In this document: one piece after another, positions 55,873 to 64,000 of the stretch | Layout of the letters: the number at the start of each line of letters is the position of its first letter | Position numbering within the stretch: position 1 is the first letter of the stretch | Assembly (NCBI GenBank): GCA_934446675.1 | Contig: CAKSEL010000004.1 | Span: forward strand, 72,878 to 136,877 | Length of the DNA stretch: 64,000 nucleotides | Direction of reading: 5' to 3' | Source: an uncultured Eubacteriales bacterium | Lineage (GTDB): Bacteria; Bacillota; Clostridia; Oscillospirales; CAG-382 | Made by a program: the position numbers and the translations under genes | The notes under the pieces: generated by a model | What the model was told of the DNA's origin: nothing | The model's database searches: none | What the model saw: the letters and a program-made list of their open reading frames with translations, nothing else

Positions 55873-57289
55873 ATTTTACGGCACTCTCCTTTTCGGCTTT
55901 TGACAGGCTTTTGCACACGCCGAATATCACGGCAGCGGAAATAATAAACGTAAGCGTATCGGCAACAGGCATAAAATAAAGAATTCCGTAAAGTCCGAAA
56001 CAAACCGGCAGCACAAGCACAAGTCCGACGCCGAACACTATTTCACGAAGCAGCGACAGCAGCGCCGATTCCCATGCCTTTCCTATCGACTGCAAAAATA
56101 TAAACGTACCCTTATTCACCATAGCAAACGCCGTCATGCACATAAACAGCCTTATGCATTTCAGCGCAAATTCATTATAGTAAACGCTCTCGTGCGCCGC
56201 ACCGAATATATTGATAAAAAACTGCGGAAAGCACAAAAACACCAACGCGGCAGCAAATCCAACAGCTGCCTGAATCGCGGTAAGATACAAAAGCAGCTTT
56301 TTTACGCGCGAATATCTGCACGCGCCCATATTATACCCTGCAACCGGTATGCAGCCTGCCGAAAGCCCGACGGATACGGATATTACTATCTGAAAGAACT
56401 TCATTACTATGCCTATTACCGCAGTCGGAATATGCGCATACATTTCTTTTCCGAAGATCTCATCTCTTGCTCCGTATTTGCGGCACATATTGAGTACAGC
56501 CGCCATTGTAAACACTATCGACACCTGTGAAAGAAAGCTTGTAAAGCCGAGAGAAAGTATTTTCTTTACGCAGTAAAAATCAGGCTTAAAGCACTCACGG
56601 CTAAGCTTTACCGATTTAAAGAAAAACACGTAATACAGCGAAAATGCCGCCGATATTATCTGTCCGATTACGGTTGCAACCGCGGCTCCCGTCATTCCCA
56701 TATGAAAAGTATAGATAAACAGCGGATCAAGCACACAGTTTGCCGCAGCTCCGCAAAGCAGCGACACCATTGCAAAACGCGGACTTCCGTCGGAACGTAT
56801 TATCGGGTTCAGTGCCTGACCGAACATATAGAACGGTATGCCGAGGCTTATCCAAAAGAAATATTCCTTTGACAAAGCATATGTTTCGGCGTTTACCTGC
56901 GCCCCGAACGCGCAAAGAATTCCGTCTGCGAACACAAGATATACAGCCGTCACTACAATGCCCGAAAGCACCGTCATAACAAGCGCGTTTCCTATACTTT
57001 TGGCAGCACTTTCGTCCTGTCTTGCGCCGAGAGTCATGCTGAAAAATGCACTTGTTCCGTCGCCTGTCATTGTGGCGACAGCCAGGGCTATTACCGTCAT
57101 TGGAAAGACGACCGAATTTGCCGCGTTTCCGTATGATCCGAGATATTCGGCGTTTGCTATATATATCTGATCCACGATATTATACAGCGCGCCCACAAGC
57201 AGCGATATTATACACGGCAGGGAATATTTACATATAAGCTTTCCGAGCTTTTGGGTTTCAAGATACCTGTTTTGTGCGGTATTTGTCAT
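55871..57289 (-). CDS. MATE-family efflux transporter
   Basis: 12-TM protein. N-terminus KLGKLICKYSLPCIISLLVGALYNIVDQIYI is typical of MATE/NorM. AAGGAGG upstream of ATG 57289. Confidence 0.9.
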   Translation of the reverse strand: MTNTAQNRYLETQKLGKLICKYSLPCIISLLVGALYNIVDQIYIANAEYLGSYGNAANSVVFPMTVIALAVATMTGDGTSAFFSMTLGARQDESAAKSIGNALVMTVLSGIVVTAVYLVFADGILCAFGAQVNAETYALSKEYFFWISLGIPFYMFGQALNPIIRSDGSPRFAMVSLLCGAAANCVLDPLFIYTFHMGMTGAAVATVIGQIISAAFSLYYVFFFKSVKLSRECFKPDFYCVKKILSLGFTSFLSQVSIVFTMAAVLNMCRKYGARDEIFGKEMYAHIPTAVIGIVMKFFQIVISVSVGLSAGCIPVAGYNMGACRYSRVKKLLLYLTAIQAAVGFAAALVFLCFPQFFINIFGAAHESVYYNEFALKCIRLFMCMTAFAMVNKGTFIFLQSIGKAWESALLSLLREIVFGVGLVLVLPVCFGLYGILYFMPVADTLTFIISAAVIFGVCKSLSKAEKESAVK

Positions 57290-57412
57290 TTTATTTTTCC
57301 TCCTTACCCGTGCAGACAAAAAAATCCCGGTACAAAACAAAAGCTCTTGTCACTTTGTCTCGTATCGGGAAAAAATCCTTGTATCGTTTCGGGCAAATAT
57401 TTATTTTTATGT

Positions 57413-57441
57413 ATTTTATCAGAGATTTTACGTTTTGTCAA
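57413..57441 (-). promoter_or_regulatory. promoter candidate of the MATE gene
   Basis: Minus strand TTGACA (57441-36), 17-nt spacer, TAAAAT (57418-13). Confidence 0.5.
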
Positions 57442-57460
57442 GGGCAAAAATCACCGAAAA

Positions 57461-58070
57461 TCACCCGTTTCTGAAGTCAAGATATTTCAAAAATTCCTTT
57501 GCTGCGGCGCTCAGAGCTTTTTTGCTTTTAAAAGCAACCCCGATTTTTCTGTATGCCGGAACGCTGAGCGGCTTTACGCATATATCATACGGTATTCTCC
57601 TTAAAATAAGTTCGGGCAGCACGCTTATGCCGAGTCCGCACTCGACCATCGACATTATCGCATAGTCGTCCCATGTGGTAAACTTTATATCGGGTTTCAG
57701 AGAATATTTTTCAAACAGCGCTGAAATATCGGTGTTGTTATCCTTATCGAGCAGCATAAACGGCTCGCTGCACAGTTCTTCTATCGGAAATACCTCGCTT
57801 TTTGCAAGCCTGTGATTTTTGGGTATTACGGCGCAGAGCCTGTCGTCCTCAAGAAATATGCTCTCAAAATCCCCTTCCGACGGCAGCCGCAGAAATCCGA
57901 AGTCTGCCCTGCCCTTCTCTATCCATGTTTCTGTTTCGGAATAGTCGCCCAAAAGCAGTTCGTATTCTATTTCGGGATAATCCTTTCTGAACGCCCGTAT
58001 TATATTCGGCAGCCAGTGCGCCGCAACGCTTGAAAAAGTGCCTATGCGTATAATTCCGCGGTTTATAAGT
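57461..58070 (-). pseudogene. LysR-family regulator remnant: substrate-binding domain only, HTH missing
   Basis: GIIRIGTFSSVAAHWLPNIIRAFRKDYPEIEYELLLGDY... to the C-terminus is a full LysR_substrate domain. The 97 residues upstream in the ORF are not an HTH and are antisense to the EamA fragment. Confidence 0.6.
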
Positions 58071-58074
58071 ATTC

Positions 58075-58319
58075 CGCAAGGCAGCGTTTTTCCTCTCATA
58101 TTTCTCGGATTTATAAATACGGGTCTCGGCTGTTTATTATACTTTTCCTCAATATCCGCGCTGCCCGTAAAGACAGTTGCGGTGTGCGGATACCTCGAAC
58201 CGCTGTCGGCGGTGCTTATGTCATGCATATTCTTGCACGAAACACTGACGCCGTTCCAGACTGTCGGCGCTTTTCTGATAGTCGGCGGCGCGGTATTTGC
58301 GGAGCTGAAAAAGAAATAG
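58075..58319 (+). pseudogene. EamA/DMT transporter remnant: last ~3 TM helices only
   Basis: VFPLIFLGFINTGLGCLLYFSSISALPVKTVAVCGYLEPLSAVLMSCIFLHETLTPFQTVGAFLIVGGAVFAE matches the C-terminal EamA repeat. No N-terminal ~200 aa, promoter or SD. Confidence 0.55.
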
Positions 58320-58415
58320 GGTACATCAATAAAATTACCGTCCGGCAAGTTTTTTCATGCAGGACGGTTTTTGCCGTATTTATATGCGGAATATGTGAAA
58401 CAATAATACAAAGCG

Positions 58416-59165
58416 TCACATAAACCTTACGTTCTCATATTCGTCGTCAAGATAGCTCTTTATATCGACGTCACTTATCACAATGTCAAGCTCCGAAACT
58501 CCGCAGAGCTTATATGCCGAATAGTGGTTGAGCTTGCTGTTATCGCACAGAAACACTTTTTTTTCGGCGTTCTTTATCATAAGCTTTCTCGGCATTATCT
58601 CGCTTGAAAAGCAGTCGTAAAGCGCGCCGTCCTTTGTGAGCGACTGTACCGAGAAAAAGCAGAAATCGGTATGGAACGAATTTATAAATTCCTCGGTCTG
58701 GGAACCGACGCAGCACGAAGGATTTTCGGTGCTCAGCTTTCCTCCTGTAAAATACGCGTTGATGGAATATTCCGAACACGCCGTCATGCTTGCAAGGCTG
58801 TTGGTTATAACGGTTATGTTCTTGATATTTTTTAAGTGCTCAACGCAGAAATACGTACTTGTTGAGCTGTCGAGAAACACAACGTCTCCGGGTCTTACAA
58901 GCGACGCCGCCTTGCTTGCGACAATAGCCTTTTCCTTGGTATTTTTATGGCTTCTGAGAAAGAACGGTATCTGCTTATTTACGGAATTCTTTATCTCGGC
59001 TCCTCCGTAGCTTCTCGACACAAGCCCTTTCATTTCAAGCCGTTTCAGATCCCTGCGTATACTCGACGGGCTTATATGTATCTTTTCCGCAAGATATTCC
59101 ACCGTCGCATACGCATTCTGCGAAAGTATATTCATTATCTCCTTTTCACGCTCGTTGCTGTACAT
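58416..59165 (-). CDS. DeoR/GlpR-family transcriptional regulator
   Basis: N-terminal wHTH EREKEIMNILSQNAYATVEYLAEKIHISPSSIRRDLKRLEMKGLVSRSYGGA and a C-terminal DeoR sugar-phosphate sensor domain. Divergent from the glpA-like operon. Confidence 0.9.
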   Translation of the reverse strand: MYSNEREKEIMNILSQNAYATVEYLAEKIHISPSSIRRDLKRLEMKGLVSRSYGGAEIKNSVNKQIPFFLRSHKNTKEKAIVASKAASLVRPGDVVFLDSSTSTYFCVEHLKNIKNITVITNSLASMTACSEYSINAYFTGGKLSTENPSCCVGSQTEEFINSFHTDFCFFSVQSLTKDGALYDCFSSEIMPRKLMIKNAEKKVFLCDNSKLNHYSAYKLCGVSELDIVISDVDIKSYLDDEYENVRFM

Positions 59166-59180
59166 ATAAAAACCTCCTCT

Positions 59181-59259
59181 TGCTCATTTCTGCTCATTTT
59201 ACATATATAAATATAAAATCTGTCTTATTTTTCGCCGTTGTTGATTTTTGTTGCTCATT
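59181..59259. promoter_or_regulatory. TGCTCATT repeats in the DeoR / glpA-like divergent region (candidate operators)
   Basis: Tandem TGCTCATTTC TGCTCATTTT at 59181-59200. A third TGCTCATT at 59252-59259 lies between a TTGATT (-35) and TATAAT (59265-70). Confidence 0.35.
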
Positions 59260-59325
59260 AATTATATAATAATAACAGAGATTTGTAAATAGCAAATTTG
59301 CATTTTTGTAAAAAAAGAGGAGAGA

Positions 59326-60765
59326 GTGAAATTGTACGATACGGCGATAATCGGTGCCGGGGTAATCGGTTCAATGATTGCAAGAGAGCTTTCGCGCTAC
59401 GATCTTAAAGTATGCGTTCTCGAAAAGCAGAACGACGCCGCGTGCGGAGCCACCAAAGCAAACTCCGCGATAGTCCATGCCGGCTTTGACGCAAAGCCCG
59501 GAACGCTCAAAGCAAAGCTCAATGTTTTGGGTTCCGAACTTATGGAACAGACCGCAAAAGAACTCGGTGTAAAATACAAAAACAACGGCGCGCTTGTTAT
59601 AGGCTTCAACGACAGTGATTACGAAAAGATTTCAAAGCTTTACGAACAGGGCTTAAAAAACGGCGTAAAAAATTTAAGAATTATAAACTCGGACGAGCTT
59701 CACAAGCTTGAGCCAAAGCTTTCCGAAAAGGCAGTCTGCGCTCTTTACGCGCCCACAAGCTCTATCGTATGTCCTTATGAGCTTTGCATTGCGGCTCTCG
59801 GAAACGCCATGGACAACGGCACGGAGTTTATAAGAAACTTCGAGGTTAAGTCAATCGAAAAGAAAAACGGCTGCTACGAAATAAAATCCGAAAATTCGAG
59901 CGTCTGTGCAAAATACGTAGTAAACGCCGCAGGTCTGTATGCCGACAGCATTGCAAACATGGTATCCTCCTGCGGATTTACCATTCACCCGCGCCGCGGA
60001 GAATACATTCTTCTCGACAAGGAATGCGGAGATCTCACCGAGCGCACAATATTCAGAACGCCGACCGACAAGGGCAAAGGAATTCTTCTCTCCCCGACCG
60101 TTGACGGCAACTTCTTAACAGGTCCTACCGCAACAGACTGCGAAGACAAGTCGGACAAGAGCACGACCAATTCGGGGCTTCTTCTTGTCATGTCGCAGGC
60201 ACGCGAAAATCTGCCCGGAATTCCTTTCGGCAAGACTATCACCTCTTTCTGCGGTCTGCGCGCCGTAGGAAGCACCGGAGATTTTATAATAAACGCCGCA
60301 AACGACAACTTTATAAACGTTGCCGGAATAGAATCCCCCGGACTTTCCGCGTCTCCGGCAATAGCAAAATACGTTGCCGATATGCTGGCGCAGCACGGAC
60401 TTGAACTCACGCCGAAAAAAGACTTTAATCCCATAAGAAAGCCGAGCCATTATTTCAGAGAGGCGTCAATAGAAGAAAAAAATGAAGTCATAAAGAAAGA
60501 TCCCTCATACGGCAGAATTATTTGCCGCTGTGAGGGTATCAGTGAAGGCGAGATAAAAGCCGCGATACACGAAAATCCGGGCGCTGTCGATCTTGACGGC
60601 ATTAAGCGCAGAACGCGTGCAGGCATGGGCAGATGTCAGAGCGGTTTCTGTCTGCCGTATACGGCGGAAATTCTTGCGCGCGAGCTTAATATTCCGTTTG
60701 AAAGCGTTACAAAGTCCGGCGGAGATTCAAAAATTGTCCTCGGCAAGACAAAGGAGGATAAGTAA
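59326..60765 (+). CDS. FAD-dependent glycerol-3-phosphate dehydrogenase/oxidase-like protein with BFD-like [2Fe-2S] domain
   Basis: YDTAIIGAGVIGSMIARELS FAD fold and C-terminal CRCEGISEGEIKAAI (BFD-like). The start may be TTG 59332, since its SD spacing is better than for GTG 59326. Confidence 0.85.
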   Translation: MKLYDTAIIGAGVIGSMIARELSRYDLKVCVLEKQNDAACGATKANSAIVHAGFDAKPGTLKAKLNVLGSELMEQTAKELGVKYKNNGALVIGFNDSDYEKISKLYEQGLKNGVKNLRIINSDELHKLEPKLSEKAVCALYAPTSSIVCPYELCIAALGNAMDNGTEFIRNFEVKSIEKKNGCYEIKSENSSVCAKYVVNAAGLYADSIANMVSSCGFTIHPRRGEYILLDKECGDLTERTIFRTPTDKGKGILLSPTVDGNFLTGPTATDCEDKSDKSTTNSGLLLVMSQARENLPGIPFGKTITSFCGLRAVGSTGDFIINAANDNFINVAGIESPGLSASPAIAKYVADMLAQHGLELTPKKDFNPIRKPSHYFREASIEEKNEVIKKDPSYGRIICRCEGISEGEIKAAIHENPGAVDLDGIKRRTRAGMGRCQSGFCLPYTAEILARELNIPFESVTKSGGDSKIVLGKTKEDK

Positions 60766-62004
60766 ATGACTGAGCTTGTTATAATAGGCGGCGGCCCTGC
60801 CGGAATGAGCGCCGCGGCTGCGGCATACGAAAGCGGTATCCGCGACATTCTTATCCTGGAGCGCGACGAACGTCTCGGCGGCATTTTAAGGCAGTGCATA
60901 CACAACGGTTTCGGACTTCACAAGTTCGGACAAGAGCTTACGGGACCTGAATACGCGTACAGGTACGAATGTAAGATGGAAGAATACGGTATTCCCGTAA
61001 AGCTTGACACCATGGTTCTCGACATAACGCACGACAAGGTTATTACCGCCGTAAACAAACACGACGGGGTATTTCAGATACAGGCAAAGGCAATTATACT
61101 CGCAATGGGCTGCCGCGAACGTTCAAAAGGCGCGCTGAATATTGCGGGCAGCCGTCCGGCAGGCATTTACAGTGCCGGAACCGCGCAGAAGCTTGTTAAC
61201 ATGAAAGGTTTTATGCCGGGCAAAGACGTGGTTATCCTGGGTTCGGGCGACATAGGTCTTATAATGGCGCGCAGAATGACGCTTGAGGGCGCAAAGGTTC
61301 ATGCGGTCTGCGAACTTATGCCGTATTCCGGCGGTCTTGCACGCAACATAGAACAGTGTTTACACGACTTTGACATTCCGCTTATGCTCAGCCACACCGT
61401 AACTAAAATTCACGGCAAAGACCGTCTTGAAGGCGTGACCATAAGCAAGGTTGACGAAAACAGGCGTCCCGTTCCGGGCAGCGGAGAGTACATTGCCTGC
61501 GATACGCTTTTGCTTTCCGTCGGTCTTATTCCCGAAAACGAGCTTACAAAAAAAGCCGACATTGATCTCGACAGAATAACCAACGGCGCGGAGGTTGACG
61601 AAAACAGACAGACATCGGCAGAGGGTATTTTTGCGTGCGGCAATGTGCTTCACGTCCACGACCTTGTGGATTTTGTGTCTGACGAGGCTGAAATTGCCGG
61701 AAAAGCCGCTGCGGAATACATCAGAAACGGCGGAACAGCCGCTGAAAACTGCGTTCGCGTCACAACCGACGGCAAGGTGCGCTACACCGTTCCGCAGAAG
61801 ATAACCTGCACAAAGGATACCGACGTTTTCTTCAGGGTAAGCGACGTATTCAAGAACGTAAAAGTCGTTATCAAAAACGGCGGCGAGGTAATTTTCTCAA
61901 AGAAACTGAAAAAGGCAGCGCCCGGTGAAATGAACCGTATTACTCTTAAAAAGGAAATTCTGAGCGGCGTCGGGCAGTTAAGTTTCGGACTGGAGGAAGC
62001 ATGA
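60766..62004 (+). CDS. NAD(P)/FAD-dependent pyridine-nucleotide-disulfide-type oxidoreductase
   Basis: LVIIGGGPAGMSAA, VVILGSGDIGLIMA, GIFACGNV. Abuts the upstream stop codon. Confidence 0.85.
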   Translation: MTELVIIGGGPAGMSAAAAAYESGIRDILILERDERLGGILRQCIHNGFGLHKFGQELTGPEYAYRYECKMEEYGIPVKLDTMVLDITHDKVITAVNKHDGVFQIQAKAIILAMGCRERSKGALNIAGSRPAGIYSAGTAQKLVNMKGFMPGKDVVILGSGDIGLIMARRMTLEGAKVHAVCELMPYSGGLARNIEQCLHDFDIPLMLSHTVTKIHGKDRLEGVTISKVDENRRPVPGSGEYIACDTLLLSVGLIPENELTKKADIDLDRITNGAEVDENRQTSAEGIFACGNVLHVHDLVDFVSDEAEIAGKAAAEYIRNGGTAAENCVRVTTDGKVRYTVPQKITCTKDTDVFFRVSDVFKNVKVVIKNGGEVIFSKKLKKAAPGEMNRITLKKEILSGVGQLSFGLEEA

Positions 62005-62336
62005 TGAAGAGAGAGCTTACGTGCATTGTCTGCCCTATCGGCTGTCAGATAAGCGTTACCGAAAAGGACGGCAAGCTTGAAATAACCGGAAACAGCTGTC
62101 CGAGAGGCGCAGAATATGCCAAAAACGAATGTACAAACCCAACAAGAGTCGTCACTTCGACAATGCTGACAAAAAGCGGACTTCCGAGACCTGTAAAAAC
62201 CGACCGTCCGATTCCGAAATCAAAAATTTTCGAATGCATGAAGATAATCAACTCGTCGGTACTTGACGACGGCGCGAAAATCGGCGACATTGCCGTAAAA
62301 GACGTTTTCGGCAGCAACATAGTCGTATCCGGCTGA
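62001..62336 (+). CDS. DUF1667-domain protein
   Basis: ELTCIVCPIGCQI...GNSCPRGAEYA. ATGA overlap with the upstream gene. This is the usual third gene of this glp-like trio. Confidence 0.85.
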   Translation: MMKRELTCIVCPIGCQISVTEKDGKLEITGNSCPRGAEYAKNECTNPTRVVTSTMLTKSGLPRPVKTDRPIPKSKIFECMKIINSSVLDDGAKIGDIAVKDVFGSNIVVSG

Positions 62337-62375
62337 AAACCTGTTATTAAAATAAAAAAACAACGGAGATATACC

Positions 62376-63164
62376 ATGACTTTAAAGGACAAACGCTTTT
62401 TTCTGCTTGACATGGACGGTACGATATATCTTGACGACGATCTTTTCGACGGAACTCTCGATTTTCTGAAGTACGTAAAGGACATCGGCGGAAAGTACAT
62501 TTTCATGACAAACAACTCTTCAAAAAGCGTTGACAAATACGTACAAAAGCTTGCAAAACTCGGAATATGTGCGGACAAGGACGATTTTCTGACTTCTGCC
62601 GACGCGACGGCGCTTTATCTTCTCGAAAAGAACTACCGCAAAATATATGTTTTGGGTACACGTTCGCTCAAAGATCAGCTGCGTCATTCGGGACTTACCA
62701 TAACCAACCGACTCAGCTCGGACATAGACTGTCTCTGCATGGGTTTTGACACAGAGCTTACCTTCAAAAAGCTTGAGGACGCCTGTATTCTTCTCGGACG
62801 CGGCGTAGACTACATTGCTACAAACCCCGATCTTGTATGTCCGACGAAATACGGCTACGTTCCCGACTGCGGCTCTGTCAGCACAATGCTTTACAATGCC
62901 ACAAAGAGAATGCCGTTATTTATCGGCAAACCGCAGCCCGAAATGCCTTATCTTGCAATGAAAAAATACGGCTTCAAGCCTAGCGAAACGGTAATTATCG
63001 GCGACAGGCTGTACACAGACATTGCCTGCGGAGTAAATGCGGGAATAAGCACGATCTTCGTTCTCAGCGGCGAAGGTACTCTTGAAGACGCCGAGAAAAG
63101 CGACGCAAAACCTGAGTACATCTACCAAAACATACGCGCATTATACAACGATTTAAAACGATAG
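62376..63164 (+). CDS. HAD-IIA family sugar-phosphate phosphatase (NagD-like)
   Basis: FFLLDMDGTIYL (DxD nucleophile motif), FMTNNSS, GKP, IIGDRLYTDI. Confidence 0.85.
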   Translation: MTLKDKRFFLLDMDGTIYLDDDLFDGTLDFLKYVKDIGGKYIFMTNNSSKSVDKYVQKLAKLGICADKDDFLTSADATALYLLEKNYRKIYVLGTRSLKDQLRHSGLTITNRLSSDIDCLCMGFDTELTFKKLEDACILLGRGVDYIATNPDLVCPTKYGYVPDCGSVSTMLYNATKRMPLFIGKPQPEMPYLAMKKYGFKPSETVIIGDRLYTDIACGVNAGISTIFVLSGEGTLEDAEKSDAKPEYIYQNIRALYNDLKR

Positions 63165-63239
63165 GAGAGAGTGAGAAAACTGCAAAAGCGGCATCGGAAA
63201 TCAAAGAAAACCATGCCGCGGCAGTATAATCACATTAAA

Positions 63240-63270
63240 GGGCGGTGCTTTCGCACCGCCCGTATTTTTT
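63240..63270. terminator. terminator between convergent HAD and PEPCK genes
   Basis: GGGCGGTGC-tttc-GCACCGCCC 9-bp stem followed by GTATTTTTT. Confidence 0.75.
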
Positions 63271-63284
63271 ATGCTGAGTTTTAA

Positions 63285-64000
63285 TTACTTTTTGAGGTTT
63301 GCTTCAAGCTTATCAAGCTCGTTCTGCATAGCCTTGGGAAGTCTGTCGCCGAACTGTGCGAAGTACTTTCTGATACCGGTTTCGGGATCTTCGATATCTT
63401 CGATCCAGTGTACCTTATCAACTGCAAGCAGATTCTTAAGTGTTTCCTTGGAAACGTCAAGTCCCTCAACGTCTATATCCTCAACCTTCGGAACATAGCC
63501 TATTGCGGTTTCCTCTGCGTCTACCTTGCCCTCGCATCTGTCAAGAATCCAGAGAAGAACTCTCATGTTATCGCCGAAACCGGGCCACATGAAGTTACCC
63601 TCATCATCTTTTCTGAACCAGTTAACGTGGAAGATCTTAGGAGCTTTATCGCCGAGCTTTTCGCCCATTTCAAGCCAATGACCCCAGTAATCTGCCATGT
63701 TATATCCGACAAACGGCTTCATAGCCATCGGGTCACGTCTTACTACGCCGACTGCACCTGCGGCTGCTGCGGTAGTCTCAGACGCCATTGTTGCGCCGAC
63801 AAACGTACCGTGAGTCCAGTCTCTCGACTGATATACAAGGGGTGCGCACTTTGCACGGCGTCCGCCGAATACGATTGCGGATACCGGCACTCCGAGAGGA
63901 TTCTCGAATTCGGAAGAAATGCACGGGCAGTTGATTGCGGGTGCAGTAAATCTGGAGTTCGGATGAGCAAGCTTGCCGCCGTTTGCGGTAACTTCCTTAC
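63285..64000 (-). CDS. pckG: phosphoenolpyruvate carboxykinase (GTP), C-terminal part; gene runs off the window
   Basis: AHPNSRFTAPAINCP, GVPVSAIVFGGRR, FHVNWFRKDDEGNFMWPGFGDNMRVLLWI. The frame stays open up to 63998, so the track M at 63890 is an internal GTG. Confidence 0.9.
   Translation of the reverse strand, partial: KEVTANGGKLAHPNSRFTAPAINCPCISSEFENPLGVPVSAIVFGGRRAKCAPLVYQSRDWTHGTFVGATMASETTAAAAGAVGVVRRDPMAMKPFVGYNMADYWGHWLEMGEKLGDKAPKIFHVNWFRKDDEGNFMWPGFGDNMRVLLWILDRCEGKVDAEETAIGYVPKVEDIDVEGLDVSKETLKNLLAVDKVHWIEDIEDPETGIRKYFAQFGDRLPKAMQNELDKLEANLKK

Overview
This 64-kb chromosomal window looks like a mid-GC, spore-forming Firmicute of the Clostridia type. Supporting genes are a SpoIID-like protein, sigG, the rplU-prp-rpmA-obg operon with a Prp-processed L27, ppdK plus GTP-PEPCK, and an FprA flavodiiron protein. 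I support about 60 protein genes, one SAM-I riboswitch upstream of metK, and several consensus promoters and terminators. I saw no rRNA, tRNA, CRISPR array, transposase or integrase. Most of the window is housekeeping: rny, ppx/ppk1, a P-type ATPase, secDF, a SEDS protein, metK, msmX and ppdK. The patches worth a second look, in my order of interest, are listed below.
1. 50.1-55.8 kb: a LacI-controlled, translationally coupled operon. It encodes a compact glycyl-radical enzyme (GRE), its activase and a GH36/Sip1-like glycosidase, with a perfect 14-bp operator.
2. 30.38-30.68 kb: a type-I toxin-antitoxin-like locus missed by the ORF track. It has a 23-aa hydrophobic peptide gene with a sequestered Shine-Dalgarno (SD) site, a convergent consensus promoter for a ~90-nt antisense RNA, and an 11-nt inverted repeat bracketing the ORF.
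3. 38.9-41.3 kb: an AT-rich three-gene islet of unknown function. It contains an HTH protein, a frameshifted acidic repeat peptide and a membrane-anchored protein, with triple operator-like repeats upstream.
4. 14.4-15.2 kb: an orphan agrB with a perfect 21-bp-period direct repeat (LytTR geometry) and no visible agrD, agrC or agrA.
5. 57.5-58.3 kb: a deletion scar fusing LysR and EamA gene remnants.
All family calls come from reading the translations and from motif memory. No database search was run.
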